Part shown: one piece after another, positions 21,146 through 31,085 of the stretch
Position numbering within the stretch: position 1 is the first letter of the stretch
Layout of the letters: every line of letters begins with the position of its first letter
Made by a program: the position numbers and the translations under genes
Source of the DNA: an uncultured Gammaproteobacteria bacterium
GTDB lineage: Bacteria; Pseudomonadota; Gammaproteobacteria; Chromatiales; Chromatiaceae
NCBI GenBank assembly: GCA_963922315.1
Contig: CAWUID010000002.1
Span: 9,546 to 73,545 of the forward strand
Direction: 5' to 3'
DNA: 64,000 nt
The notes under the pieces: model-generated
What the model saw: the letters and a program-made list of their open reading frames with translations, nothing else
The model's database searches: none
What the model was told of the DNA's origin: nothing

Positions 21146-21988
21146 ATGTCTTACCAGGTACAGGGGGCTGGGCTGGGACTAAAGCAAGAGCTGATTGCAC
21201 CACTGCTGTCACAACAGCCGTCACAGATCAGATTTGTTGAAGTTGCACCAGAAAACTGGATCCACGTAGGGGGTGCCAGAGGTAAATCACTGGATGCAGT
21301 GACTGAACGCTACCCTTTGGTATGTCACGGTCTGTCTCTGAACATTGGTGGTCCGGCACCACTCGATTGGGATTTACTACGCGATATCAAGCGATTCCTG
21401 CAAGAGCGAAAGGTGCTGGTGTACACCGAGCACCTTTCTTATTGTGGTGACAGCGGCCAACTCTACGATCTGATGCCGATTCCGTTTACCGAAGATGCCG
21501 TGCATTACGTGGCTGATCGTATCCGGCAGGTACAAGATTATCTCGGTCGGCAGATTGGCATGGAAAATGTCTCAACTTATGCACAGTTGCCAGGAGAACT
21601 AAGTGAGATCGAGTTCCTGAATGCGGTCTTAACCGAGGCTGACTGCGGCTACCATCTGGATATTAACAACATTTTCGTAAATGCATCTAACCACAGGTTT
21701 GATGCACTGGATTATTTACATCAGATACCTGCCGACCGTCTGTTATATGCCCATATTGCCGGGCATAACCAGCAGACAGACGGGCTGCGAATTGACACAC
21801 ATGGTGAGGATATACTGCCCGATGTCTGGGATTTACTCGAAGATGCTTATACCGAGTACGGCGTCTTTCCGACCTTACTGGAACGAGACTTTAACATCCC
21901 ACCGTTAGAAACTCTGATGGACGAAGTCCGGCAGATTTGTCGGCTGCAACGACACCATGCCACCACAGGCAATGCCCGTGCCGCCTGA
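21146..21988 (+). CDS. DUF692 / MNIO (multinuclear non-heme iron oxidative) RiPP maturase, HvfB/BufB/MbnB-like
   Basis: FVEVAPENW, CHGLSLNIGG, YTEHLSYC, MENVSTY and LLERDFNIPP motifs of the UPF0276/DUF692 TIM-barrel family. 280 aa. Confidence 0.88.
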   Translation: MSYQVQGAGLGLKQELIAPLLSQQPSQIRFVEVAPENWIHVGGARGKSLDAVTERYPLVCHGLSLNIGGPAPLDWDLLRDIKRFLQERKVLVYTEHLSYCGDSGQLYDLMPIPFTEDAVHYVADRIRQVQDYLGRQIGMENVSTYAQLPGELSEIEFLNAVLTEADCGYHLDINNIFVNASNHRFDALDYLHQIPADRLLYAHIAGHNQQTDGLRIDTHGEDILPDVWDLLEDAYTEYGVFPTLLERDFNIPPLETLMDEVRQICRLQRHHATTGNARAA

Positions 21989-22748
21989 TCTGCCTACTTT
22001 TCAGCAACATCAACTGGCATTTACCGCACGGGTGCGTGATCCATCACAGACACCCTGCCCGGCTGATGTGCCAGAACGACGGATGCGGGTCTATGCCGAA
22101 CTGTTATACAACGGCATGGAAAGCCACCTGGCAACCAACTTTCCGGTCTTGCGCCACATTACACCTGACCCGCACTGGCACCAGCTGGTGCGGGATTTTT
22201 TTCAGCAGCACACCTGCCGTACTGGCTTGTTCACGCGCATTGGCCTGGAGTTTCTGGCCTATCTGGAACATGAACGGGACGCACAAGCAGACGACAGACC
22301 TTTTATGCTGGAACTGGCGCATTACGAATATGCAGAACTGGCCGTAGCGATCAGTGACGAACAGGTCACATCACACTACGACCCGAACAGCGACCTGCTC
22401 GCAGGTTGTCCGGTCGTCGCACCAACTGCCTGGAACTTAACCTATTGTTACCCGGTGCATCGCATCAGCCTGGATTATCTGCCAGACGAGCCTCCGGCAC
22501 AGCCGACCCATCTGGTGGTGTATCGGGACCGCCTGGATCAGGTTCATTTCCTGGAGATTAACGCCGTTACCCAACACCTGTTAACCACACTGAAGGCTGA
22601 ACCACAACTCACAGGTCAGGTCTTGCTGGAAAATATGGCTGCGCTGTTACAACCACAGGATCCAGAGCCAATACGACAGGCAGGTGCCGCGTTACTGACT
22701 GACTTACACGAACGTAACATTCTGCTGGGCGCACGATTATCCAACTAA
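21957..22748 (+). CDS. DUF2063 partner protein of the MNIO enzyme (HvfC/BufC-like)
   Basis: 263 aa. N-terminal FQQHQLAFTARVRDP...YAELLYNGMESHLATNFPVL resembles DUF2063. It overlaps the MNIO gene by 32 nt (translational coupling). Confidence 0.78.
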   Translation: MPPQAMPVPPDLPTFQQHQLAFTARVRDPSQTPCPADVPERRMRVYAELLYNGMESHLATNFPVLRHITPDPHWHQLVRDFFQQHTCRTGLFTRIGLEFLAYLEHERDAQADDRPFMLELAHYEYAELAVAISDEQVTSHYDPNSDLLAGCPVVAPTAWNLTYCYPVHRISLDYLPDEPPAQPTHLVVYRDRLDQVHFLEINAVTQHLLTTLKAEPQLTGQVLLENMAALLQPQDPEPIRQAGAALLTDLHERNILLGARLSN

Positions 22749-22770
22749 CACCTATCATTAAGAAGAAAAC

Positions 22771-23340
22771 ATGCTTGAACTACTGAACCGACTCCAGAAC
22801 ATGCTGGATGTAACCCGCAACCTGGACTTTATTGCACCACTAGCCATCCGTTTGTATCTGGTACCGGTATTCTGGATGGCCGGAACAAACAAACTGGCCA
22901 GTATGGACAGCACAATTGCCTGGTTCGGCAACCCGGATTGGGGACTAGGGCTGCCATTTCCGGCACTGATGGCCTGGGCAGCTACATTGGCAGAAGCCGG
23001 TGGTGCCATTCTGCTATTGCTCGGTCTGGCGACCCGCTGGATTTCAATACCACTGTTCATTACCATGGTAGTTGCTGCGGTCACAGTACACTGGCAACAC
23101 GGCTGGGCTGCCATAGCGGAAACATCAGCTTCTGCAGAACGTTTGGAACGTGCGACTGCCATTTTGCAAGAGCATGGCAACTATGCCTGGCTGACCGAAA
23201 CCGGCAACTTCGTGGTATTAAATAACGGCATTGAATTTGCCGTGACCTACGGCATCATGGTGCTCGCATTATTTTTCATCGGCGGCGGACGTTATGTCAG
23301 CGCTGACTACTGGCTGGCCCGCCGCTTCCGCACTGGCTGA
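22771..23340 (+). CDS. DoxX-family membrane protein (fourth gene of the RiPP operon)
   Basis: 189 aa with 4 TM helices. IRLYLVPVFWMAGTNKL and EAGGAILLLLGLATRW are typical of DoxX. It starts 22 nt after the DUF2063 gene. Confidence 0.8.
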   Translation: MLELLNRLQNMLDVTRNLDFIAPLAIRLYLVPVFWMAGTNKLASMDSTIAWFGNPDWGLGLPFPALMAWAATLAEAGGAILLLLGLATRWISIPLFITMVVAAVTVHWQHGWAAIAETSASAERLERATAILQEHGNYAWLTETGNFVVLNNGIEFAVTYGIMVLALFFIGGGRYVSADYWLARRFRTG

Positions 23341-23357
23341 TCACCTGCCGGAACATC

Positions 23358-23678
23358 ATGCTGTCGGTTCAGATCAGCACCCGGGATGCGCTGTATGCCG
23401 CCTATCTGGCCTTTGTGTCGGATGGCGGCATTTTTATTCCCGGCACCGGGGACTACCGGTTAGGTACAATAATTTCATTACAGCTGCGATTGCCGGATAC
23501 AGCCACATGGTTAAGTACATCCGCACAAGTCATCTGGATTACACCACCCACAGCCTCTGATCAGATTGCCGGTATTGGCGTACAATTCACCGGTCAGACT
23601 GCTGCCCGGATCAAACAACAGATTGAGCAGTGCCTGGCAGACCAGCTCCATTCAGATCAGCCCACCCACACCCTGTAA
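23358..23678 (+). CDS. pilZ: PilZ-domain protein (type IV pilus PilZ-like)
   Basis: 106 aa. GGIFIPGTGDYRLGT...IAGIGVQF. It sits directly before the ycfH/tatD-type gene, as in pseudomonads. Confidence 0.75.
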   Translation: MLSVQISTRDALYAAYLAFVSDGGIFIPGTGDYRLGTIISLQLRLPDTATWLSTSAQVIWITPPTASDQIAGIGVQFTGQTAARIKQQIEQCLADQLHSDQPTHTL

Positions 23679-23694
23679 AACACTTCTCGCCAGC

Positions 23695-24477
23695 ATGCTG
23701 ATAGACTCACATTGTCATCTGGATCGTATTGATCTGACCCCGTATGAGGATAACTTCTCTGCCTTTGTCGCACAAACCCTGGCATCCGGTGTTGAGCATA
23801 TGTTATGCGTCTGCATCAACCTGGAAGCTTACCCCGCGATGCGGGAACTGGTCGCTGATTATCCGCAAATTTCACTCTCGGTCGGCGTACACCCCTGCGA
23901 ACAGGATGGGCAGGAGCCAACCGAGACCTTGCTGACAGAACTGGCACAAGATCCGAAAAATGTGGCCATCGGTGAAACCGGGCTGGATTATTTCCATACG
24001 AAAGAGCATAAAGCACAGCAACAGGAACGATTCCGTTGCCACATTCGGGCAGCGCGGGTAGCACGAAAACCGCTGATTGTGCATACCCGCCAGGCACCGG
24101 CCGATACCATCCGATTGTTGCGAGAAGAAAACGCAGCAGAAGTGGGTGGTGTGCTGCACTGTTTCAGTGAAAGCTGGGAAATCGCATGCCAGGCGATAGA
24201 ACTGGGTTTTTATATCTCATTTTCTGGCGTCGTCACCTTCAAAAATGCGCAACGATTGCGTGATGTGGCTGCAAAGGTGCCACTGGACCGATTATTGATC
24301 GAAACCGATTCACCTTATCTGGCACCCGTACCCTGGCGTGGCAAACCCAATGAGCCGCGTTATGTGATCAAAGTCGCCGAAACCCTGGCAGATGTCCGTC
24401 AGATGCCACTGGACGATGTGATACAGATCACTGGCACGAATTACCAAAAATTGTTTGGCCCGATAGCACAACATTGA
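23695..24477 (+). CDS. TatD-family metal-dependent hydrolase (YcfH-like)
   Basis: IDSHCHLD, IGETGLDY, HCFSES and ETDSPYL motifs. ATG 23695 (MLIDSHCHLD) is preferred over the ORF-track start 23566, which overlaps pilZ. Confidence 0.9.
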   Translation: MLIDSHCHLDRIDLTPYEDNFSAFVAQTLASGVEHMLCVCINLEAYPAMRELVADYPQISLSVGVHPCEQDGQEPTETLLTELAQDPKNVAIGETGLDYFHTKEHKAQQQERFRCHIRAARVARKPLIVHTRQAPADTIRLLREENAAEVGGVLHCFSESWEIACQAIELGFYISFSGVVTFKNAQRLRDVAAKVPLDRLLIETDSPYLAPVPWRGKPNEPRYVIKVAETLADVRQMPLDDVIQITGTNYQKLFGPIAQH

Positions 24478-24504
24478 GCAGCAACTTTTTCAGAGGCATA
24501 ACAT

Positions 24505-24768
24505 ATGACTGTCATGCAAAAAACACTGACTGAACCGTCGCGTGACTGGGTGAAAACACAGATTACTACGCCACCTGGCACCAAACAAAAGATAACAACA
24601 GAAGCTCCTGTGAACAACCATCCAACCCGGTGCTGGGAAGGATCGACTGAAATCCGGACAATTCGTGCAAAACTTATCGAAGGTGAAAACAGTGGCTTCA
24701 TTCGCCAGTCTCCCGAAGAGATACTGGCTGAGTTCAAGGCAGAGCTGAAACAATATGGCCGCTTATGA
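24505..24768 (+). CDS. ParD-like type II antitoxin (atypical central region)
   Basis: The N-terminus TLTEPSRDWVKTQ and C-terminus IRAKLIEGENSGF...ILAEFKAEL resemble ParD/COG3609 antitoxins. The middle 30 aa or so is not recognisable in any frame. It overlaps parE by 14 nt. Confidence 0.55.
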   Translation: MTVMQKTLTEPSRDWVKTQITTPPGTKQKITTEAPVNNHPTRCWEGSTEIRTIRAKLIEGENSGFIRQSPEEILAEFKAELKQYGRL

Positions 24769-25042
24769 ATTAAGCTATCAAGCGAAAATGGATTTGCGCA
24801 ATATCTACCAATATGGTGTATTTCAATACGGAGAAAAACAGGCGGATCAGTATTATATGAGCCTATTCAACTGTTTCGATAAAATTACTGAAAATCCTTA
24901 CTTATATGTTGCTGTTGACCACATCCGCCATGGTTATCGAAGAAGTGTTTTTGGTGTGCATTCAATCTATTACCGCATTGTAAATACTAACGTAGAAATT
25001 ATACGAATTTTAGGCAGACAAGATACAACCCAAGCACTGTAG
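24755..25042 (+). CDS. parE: ParE/RelE-superfamily toxin
   Basis: 95 aa. YELSYQAKMDLRNIYQY...GEKQADQY...ENPYL...IRHGYRR...HSIYYRI...VEIIRILGRQD is a typical plasmid-stabilisation ParE pattern. GC is clearly lower than in the flanking dapD. Confidence 0.85.
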   Translation: MAAYELSYQAKMDLRNIYQYGVFQYGEKQADQYYMSLFNCFDKITENPYLYVAVDHIRHGYRRSVFGVHSIYYRIVNTNVEIIRILGRQDTTQAL

Positions 25043-25082
25043 CTTAATTTTTATTGATTTATGAGATACCAGGAAATAAACC

Positions 25083-25904
25083 ATGTCTGATATACAAAAA
25101 GTGATTCTTGACGCCTTTGAACGGCGCGCCGAACTCAATCCGAAACAAGTTGATCCGAATGTAAGAGCCGCTGTCACGACTGCGTTACAACAACTGGATG
25201 AAGGCATCATCCGGGTCGCGGAAAAACGTGACGGATGCTGGCAAGTCAACGAATGGGTCAAAAAGGCCGTCCTGCTCTCGTTTTGTATTCAGGACAATGC
25301 CCCGATTGATGGCGCAGAAACCCGTTATTTCGATAAGGTTGCGAGCAAATATGCACACTATCAGCCAGAGCAGTTCGCTCAGGCCGGTGTGCGCGTCGTA
25401 CCCCCCGCCGCCGCACGCCATGGTGCCTATATTGCGCCCGGCACCGTACTGATGCCATCTTATGTGAATATCGGCGCGTATGTGGATACTGGCACCATGG
25501 TGGATACCTGGGCCACCGTCGGCTCCTGCGCACAGATCGGCAAAAATGTCCACCTGTCCGGCGGCGTGGGGATCGGCGGCGTACTGGAACCGTTACAGGC
25601 TGCACCCACCATTATCGAAGATAACTGCTTTATCGGCGCTCGTTCCGAAATCGTGGAAGGCGTGATCGTGGAAGAAGGTGCTGTCATCTCCATGGGCGTA
25701 TATATCGGCCAGTCCACCCGCATCTATGATCGTGCCAGAGATGAAGTCACGTATGGCCGGGTACCGGCGGGCTCAGTCGTCGTATCAGGCAATTTGCCTG
25801 CAGAAAATGGGAAATACAGCCTGTATTGCGCCGTGATAGTGAAACAGGTCGATGCGAAAACCCGTGCCAAAGTCGGCATCAACGCCTTATTACGGGAAGT
25901 ATGA
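25083..25904 (+). CDS. dapD: 2,3,4,5-tetrahydropyridine-2,6-dicarboxylate N-succinyltransferase
   Basis: 273 aa. Left-handed beta-helix hexapeptide repeats, with a DapD-type N-terminal domain ([11 protein letters not shown]). Confidence 0.93.
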   Translation: MSDIQKVILDAFERRAELNPKQVDPNVRAAVTTALQQLDEGIIRVAEKRDGCWQVNEWVKKAVLLSFCIQDNAPIDGAETRYFDKVASKYAHYQPEQFAQAGVRVVPPAAARHGAYIAPGTVLMPSYVNIGAYVDTGTMVDTWATVGSCAQIGKNVHLSGGVGIGGVLEPLQAAPTIIEDNCFIGARSEIVEGVIVEEGAVISMGVYIGQSTRIYDRARDEVTYGRVPAGSVVVSGNLPAENGKYSLYCAVIVKQVDAKTRAKVGINALLREV

Positions 25905-26255
25905 ATGACAACTCTGCATGGCATACCAAACTGCGACACGATGAAAAAGGCACGTGCCTGGCTGACAGAACAGGAGATTGCGTACCAGTTCCACAGCTAC
26001 AAAACAGCAGGCATCGACGAAACGATGTTACGTGACTGGGTTGGACAGGTGGGGTGGGAAGTGTTGCTGAACCGGCGAGGCATGATGTGGCGCAAAGTAC
26101 CGGCTGAGGTGAAAGAAACGATTAACGAAGATAGCGCCATCCGGTTGATGGCAGAAACCCCGAGCATCATCAAACGACCAGTACTACAGCATCAGAATGA
26201 ACTACTGGTAGGATTTGACCCGATACAATATGCCCGGCTATTTGCTTGTGACTGA
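25905..26255 (+). CDS. ArsC/Spx-family reductase (YffB-like)
   Basis: 116 aa with the [16 protein letters not shown] motif. The start abuts the dapD stop. Confidence 0.85.
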   Translation: MTTLHGIPNCDTMKKARAWLTEQEIAYQFHSYKTAGIDETMLRDWVGQVGWEVLLNRRGMMWRKVPAEVKETINEDSAIRLMAETPSIIKRPVLQHQNELLVGFDPIQYARLFACD

Positions 26256-27381
26256 AACAGACACACTACAACTGGCCTGTGACCTGATGGCACGCGAATC
26301 AGTGACGCCAGAAGACGCCGGATGCCAGACCCTGATACAACAACGGCTGACAGCTTGCGGTTTTCAGACCGAACCCCTGCCCTGTGGCAGCGTGCAGAAC
26401 CTGTGGGCACGACGTGGACAGGCAGCGCCTGTGTTCTGCTTTGCCGGACACACAGACGTGGTGCCACCCGGCACTGGCTGGCAGACACCGCCGTTCCAAC
26501 CCACCGTGCGGGATGGCATGTTATATGGGCGCGGTGCAGCCGATATGAAAGGCTCACTGGCCGCGATGATCACGGCAACCGAACGGTTTGTGCACAAACA
26601 TCCGGATCATCATGGTTCCATCGCCTATCTGCTGACCAGTGACGAAGAAGGTCCGGCAATACAGGGTACCGCCGAAGTCATCAGAATACTGCAAACACGT
26701 AACGAACAGATTGACTGGTGCCTTGTGGGCGAACCTTCTTCCAGCGAACAACTGGGCGACGTGGTCAAACCCGGGCGACGTGGTTCACTCAGTGGCAAGT
26801 TACAGATACAAGGTGTGCAAGGCCATGTGGCCTACCCACAACTGGCACAAAATCCGATCCACCAGGCAGCACCAGCCCTGGCTGAACTGGCAGCGACCGA
26901 ATGGGATCAGGGCACAGCACACTTCCCACCCACCAGTTGCCAGATCACCTCTGTTCAGGCGGGCACCGGAGCATCTAATGTGATCCCGGGAGAACTGACA
27001 GTGCAATTTAACCTGCGTTATTCTACAGCGATTACCCCACATCAGATCAGACAACGAGTCACAGACCTGCTGCAACGGCATAGTCTGCAATATGAACTGG
27101 CCTGGACCTTGTCCGGCGAACCGTTTCTGACTGAGTCCGGTGCTTTGCTACAAGCCACTCAGGCAGCCATCCTGACTGAAACCGGGCGTACACCTGTTTT
27201 ATCCACTGCCGGCGGCACCTCAGATGGTCGCTTTATTGCACCCACCGGGGCACAAGTGCTGGAACTTGGCCCCCGCAACGCAACGATTCACCAGGTTAAT
27301 GAGTGCGTGAGTATCACCGACCTGGCCCAGCTATCGGCGATCTATGAGCGCATTCTGGAAAACCTGCTGACCTCTGCATGA
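26215..27381 (+). CDS. dapE: Succinyl-diaminopimelate desuccinylase
   Basis: [29 protein letters not shown] and VGEPSS motifs. The start is ambiguous (TTG 26215, ATG 26230 or GTG 26248). GTG 26248 fits orthologue N-termini best. Confidence 0.92.
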   Translation: MTRYNMPGYLLVTETDTLQLACDLMARESVTPEDAGCQTLIQQRLTACGFQTEPLPCGSVQNLWARRGQAAPVFCFAGHTDVVPPGTGWQTPPFQPTVRDGMLYGRGAADMKGSLAAMITATERFVHKHPDHHGSIAYLLTSDEEGPAIQGTAEVIRILQTRNEQIDWCLVGEPSSSEQLGDVVKPGRRGSLSGKLQIQGVQGHVAYPQLAQNPIHQAAPALAELAATEWDQGTAHFPPTSCQITSVQAGTGASNVIPGELTVQFNLRYSTAITPHQIRQRVTDLLQRHSLQYELAWTLSGEPFLTESGALLQATQAAILTETGRTPVLSTAGGTSDGRFIAPTGAQVLELGPRNATIHQVNECVSITDLAQLSAIYERILENLLTSA

Positions 27382-27499
27382 ATTTGATAAAACCGTACTC
27401 ATTTTTAACCTGTAACGACACCCAACATTGGCTGCAATACAGCCATATTGAACTGACAGACGCACCTGCCGATTCACACTTTAGTTACACTTTGTATGT

Positions 27500-27769
27500 A
27501 TGGAAGTTGCTATCTCTATACCTGATCCTTTGTTTGAAGTCGCAGAAAAGTTAGCAGAGGCACGTTCAGTTCCTCGCAGCACACTTTATTCAGAAGCGCT
27601 GTGTACGCATAGCACCGATGAAATTACAGCCAGATTAAATCAGGTTTATGACCACAATGAATCCGGCATAGAGCCTGAGTTGATGTCAGCTCAGTTTGAG
27701 GTGCTTAATCATGAAGCGTGGCGAAATCTGGTTGTGATCGCTCTTATGTCTCTGAAACCCAAAGCATGA
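27500..27769 (+). CDS. Ribbon-helix-helix (CopG/MazE-type) antitoxin, 3' end probably altered
   Basis: MEVAISIPDPLFEVAEKLAEARSVPRSTLYSEAL is an RHH N-terminus. Family members normally end near ...HEAW, where the toxin ATG overlaps. Here the frame reads on for another 16 codons. Confidence 0.6.
   Translation: MEVAISIPDPLFEVAEKLAEARSVPRSTLYSEALCTHSTDEITARLNQVYDHNESGIEPELMSAQFEVLNHEAWRNLVVIALMSLKPKA
27711..27737 (+). pseudogene. Remnant of a MazF/PemK-family toxin gene (8 codons)
   Basis: ATG AAG CGT GGC GAA ATC TGG TTG TGA gives MKRGEIWL*. RGEIW is the characteristic MazF/PemK N-terminus. It sits where the toxin gene should begin, overlapping the antitoxin end. Confidence 0.5.
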
Positions 27770-28665
27770 TGTCTCATCATCCGACTCAACGCGACACACT
27801 CGTTGTCGAACAGGCACATATTCTGGCCCATGATGCGTTCGATGGTGCACAGTATGTGTTGCGAGTGCATGCCCCGCAACACGCAGCCCTGGCGCAGCCC
27901 GGGCAATTTGTGCATTTGCAGGTTGCACCCAGATTGCCTCTGCGGCGTCCGCTTTCCATCATGCGGGCATCAGCCCGGGCCGGCTGGATGGAATTTCTGT
28001 ACAAAGCAGTCGGAGAAGGTACGCGCCTGCTCGCCGAACGCCAGGTCGGCGAAACACTGGATATGCTGGGCCCTGTAGGTAAGCCTTTCCAGGTCGATCA
28101 ACCGCGACCAGTATTGATTGGTGGCGGTGTTGGTATGCCACCGATGATCTTTCTGGCCGAATCATTGCGCCGCAGCCCGCAACAACCCCTTGTGATATTG
28201 GGGTCAGAAGTGCCTTTTCCGTTTCAGGCCCGCCCATCACAAATCATGATACCTGGCCTGCCGCCGGAAGTGATCGGTGCGATGCCGCTGCTGGAAGACT
28301 GGGGTATCGCCTCGCGACTTGCCAGCTTGCAGGCTTATCCTGGTTGTTTTCAAGGCTATGTCACCCAGCTAGTTCAATGCTGGCTGGATACATTAACGCC
28401 GGAACAGCAGCAGGAAGTCGGCTTGTATGCCTGTGGGCCTGAGCCGATGTTGCAGGCAGTGGTAAAGCTGGCAGCAGATTATCAACTGCCGGTACAAGTC
28501 TCACTGGAAGAGTATATGGCGTGCGCCACCGGCGGCTGTGCCGGATGCGCTGTACCCGTGCATAGCCATGCAGGCATAACGATGCAGCGAGTGTGTGTCG
28601 ATGGCCCCGTATTTGATGGGTATTCAATCTATCCCGAACTATCTCAGGAATCACCTCGCGTATAA
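27766..28665 (+). CDS. PyrK-like FAD/NAD(P)-binding oxidoreductase with C-terminal 2Fe-2S site
   Basis: LRRPLSI and IGGGVGMPPM (FNR-like fold), plus CATGGCAGCAVPV...CVDGPVF. ATG 27766 is preferred over the ORF-track start 27718. No pyrD-B partner lies nearby. Confidence 0.72.
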   Translation: MMSHHPTQRDTLVVEQAHILAHDAFDGAQYVLRVHAPQHAALAQPGQFVHLQVAPRLPLRRPLSIMRASARAGWMEFLYKAVGEGTRLLAERQVGETLDMLGPVGKPFQVDQPRPVLIGGGVGMPPMIFLAESLRRSPQQPLVILGSEVPFPFQARPSQIMIPGLPPEVIGAMPLLEDWGIASRLASLQAYPGCFQGYVTQLVQCWLDTLTPEQQQEVGLYACGPEPMLQAVVKLAADYQLPVQVSLEEYMACATGGCAGCAVPVHSHAGITMQRVCVDGPVFDGYSIYPELSQESPRV

Positions 28666-28735
28666 TGCTCAACGCAAACATGCTGTTGGCTGACGTCGCA
28701 GCACTTCCGATTTATATTCATAGAGAGATTTTATT

Positions 28736-29062
28736 GTGAGCGATGCAATTGTGCAGGTTACAGACGCAACCTTTCAAAACGAAGTTCTGGAATCTGAGCT
28801 GCCAGTATTGGTCGATTACTGGGCAGAATGGTGTGGTCCTTGCAAAATGATTGCACCGATTCTGGATGCCCTGGCGGATGAATATGCAGGCAAACTGAAA
28901 ATCGGCAAAATCAACATTGATGACAACCCCGACACCCCTGCCCACTTTGGTGTACGCGGCATACCAACCCTGATGCTATTTAAAGATGGCGACATGGTCG
29001 CTACCAAGGTCGGTGCCCTGAGCAAATCCCAACTAGCCGCATTTCTCGACAGCCATTTGTGA
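28736..29062 (+). CDS. trxA: Thioredoxin
   Basis: 108 aa with [12 protein letters not shown] start. Confidence 0.95.
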   Translation: MSDAIVQVTDATFQNEVLESELPVLVDYWAEWCGPCKMIAPILDALADEYAGKLKIGKINIDDNPDTPAHFGVRGIPTLMLFKDGDMVATKVGALSKSQLAAFLDSHL

Positions 29063-31074
29063 ACAATCTGCCGCAATACAGCCAACTCCAGCCGGAACAT
29101 GTTGAAGATAACATCAATCAGTTGCTGACCAGAAACTTACAGCGCACCAACGAACTGATTGCCGGCCTGAAGACACCAACCTGGCACAACCTGATAGAGC
29201 CGCTGGCAATATGGGATGATGAACTGGAACGTGCCTGGTCTCCGGTTTCGCATTTGAACGCGGTTTGTAACAACCCGGCATTACGCACCGCGTATCACGC
29301 CTGTTTGCCGGCACTGTCTGACTATGCGACAGAGCTGGGCCAGCATGCCGGGTTACATCAGGCAGTACAACAACTCGCCGAGCAGGCAGATGCACTGAAC
29401 GCCAGCCAGCGCAAGGTACTGGCAGACAAACTGCGTGATTTTCGTCTGTCCGGGGTCAGCCTACCGCCTGAGCCGCGCCAGCGCTACAAACAGATTGCAC
29501 AGCGTTTGTCTGAGCTGACCAGTCAGTTTGCTGATCATGTTCTGGATGCGACTAACGCCTGGTACAAACCGATTGACCAGGTTGCTGCACTTACCGGACT
29601 GCCTGATTCAGCCATCGCACTGACGGCACAAACCGCGCAACAGCGTGGTCAGGATGGTTGGGGTCTGACACTGGATTATCCGTTATATCAGCCTGTGCTG
29701 GCTTATGCGCAGGATCGGGCCTTACGGCAGGAACTGTATACCGCATATCAAACCCGGGCATCTGATCAGGGGCCACATGATCCGGCATATGACAATACGC
29801 CAGTGATGGAACAGATTCTGGCATTGCGGCACGAACAAGCGAATCTGCTCGGTTTTGCTCAATATGCAGATTATTCGCTGACGACCAAAATGGCAGAATC
29901 TGCTGATGCAGTGACAGATTTTCTGCACGAACTGGCGATGCGCTGCCGACCACAGGCAGAACGAGATCTGGCCGAGTTACGTCAGTTTGCTGCAGATACC
30001 GACGGTATCACCGATTTTTCTCCCTGGGATCAGGCATACTACACAGAAAAATTGCGGGAACAGCGTTATCAGCTCAGCGAAGAAGCGCTGAAGCCATATT
30101 TCCCGGTGGAACAGGTCATTACCGGGTTATTTGAAGTTGCACAACGACTGTATGGGATACAAATTACGCCGGTAGATGGCGTAGATATCTGGCACCCGGA
30201 AGTACGCTTCTACGCTATACAGGACGCAGACCAGAACCTGTGTGGCCACTTCTATCTGGATCTGTACGCACGACCCAACAAACGCGGTGGCGCTTGGATG
30301 GATGGCTGCCAGTCACGTTTTGTCACACACGAACATCATCAGGATCCGGTGGCTTATCTGGTATGCAACTTCACCCCACCAGTCGCAGGACAGCCAACTT
30401 TATTAACACACATTGAAGTTGAGACCTTATTCCATGAGTTTGGTCACGGGTTACATCACCTGCTGACCCGCATAGATTATCCGGACATTGCCGGCATCAA
30501 CGGCGTTGCCTGGGATGCTGTAGAGCTGCCTTCGCAATTCATGGAAAACTTCTGCTGGCAACGAGAGGCGCTGGATTTATTCGCTCGTCATCATCTGACT
30601 GACGAACCCCTGCCAGACGCTTTGTTTGCGCGCATGTCTGCGGCGAAAAACTTCCAGTCAGCACTGGCGATGTTGCGTCAGATTGAGTTTGCTTTGTTTG
30701 ATCTGGAATTGCATCGCAGCTACGATCCGGCACAAGGCGGACGTATCGCCGAAACATTGCAGGCAGTACGCGATCAGGTTGCCGTCATCCAACCACCAGC
30801 CTGGCAGCGTTTTGCGCACGGCTTCAGTCACATTTTTGCTGGCGGCTATGCGGCTGGTTATTACAGCTACCTGTGGGCACAAGTCCTGTCCGCTGATGCA
30901 TTTGATCTGTTTGAACAAAACGGCATCTTTGATGTAACCACCGGGCAAGCCTTTCTGCAACATATCCTGCAAGCAGGTGGCAGTAAAGACGTCGCAGAAC
31001 TGTTTCGTGATTTTCGTGGTCGGGCACCACAAATAGATGCTTTGTTGCGCCATAACGGCATCGAACAAAAATAA
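29059..31074 (+). CDS. prlC: Oligopeptidase A (M3 family)
   Basis: 671 aa with the HEFGHGLHH zinc motif. GTGA overlap with the trxA stop. Confidence 0.94.
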   Translation: MNNLPQYSQLQPEHVEDNINQLLTRNLQRTNELIAGLKTPTWHNLIEPLAIWDDELERAWSPVSHLNAVCNNPALRTAYHACLPALSDYATELGQHAGLHQAVQQLAEQADALNASQRKVLADKLRDFRLSGVSLPPEPRQRYKQIAQRLSELTSQFADHVLDATNAWYKPIDQVAALTGLPDSAIALTAQTAQQRGQDGWGLTLDYPLYQPVLAYAQDRALRQELYTAYQTRASDQGPHDPAYDNTPVMEQILALRHEQANLLGFAQYADYSLTTKMAESADAVTDFLHELAMRCRPQAERDLAELRQFAADTDGITDFSPWDQAYYTEKLREQRYQLSEEALKPYFPVEQVITGLFEVAQRLYGIQITPVDGVDIWHPEVRFYAIQDADQNLCGHFYLDLYARPNKRGGAWMDGCQSRFVTHEHHQDPVAYLVCNFTPPVAGQPTLLTHIEVETLFHEFGHGLHHLLTRIDYPDIAGINGVAWDAVELPSQFMENFCWQREALDLFARHHLTDEPLPDALFARMSAAKNFQSALAMLRQIEFALFDLELHRSYDPAQGGRIAETLQAVRDQVAVIQPPAWQRFAHGFSHIFAGGYAAGYYSYLWAQVLSADAFDLFEQNGIFDVTTGQAFLQHILQAGGSKDVAELFRDFRGRAPQIDALLRHNGIEQK

Positions 31075-31085
31075 CCGGAACTGAT

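Noticed and set aside
23566-23694. A long N-terminal extension of the TatD ORF overlapping pilZ. Similar cases are the 27718-27765 extension of the pyrK-like ORF, the 20666-20722 extension of the RiPP precursor and the 44915-44986 extension of the ferredoxin ORF.
   Set aside because: Family N-termini (MLIDSHCHLD, MMSHH.., MNPSVKP signal peptide, MSYYQQHVFFC) start at internal ATGs. The extensions overlap other genes or repeats.
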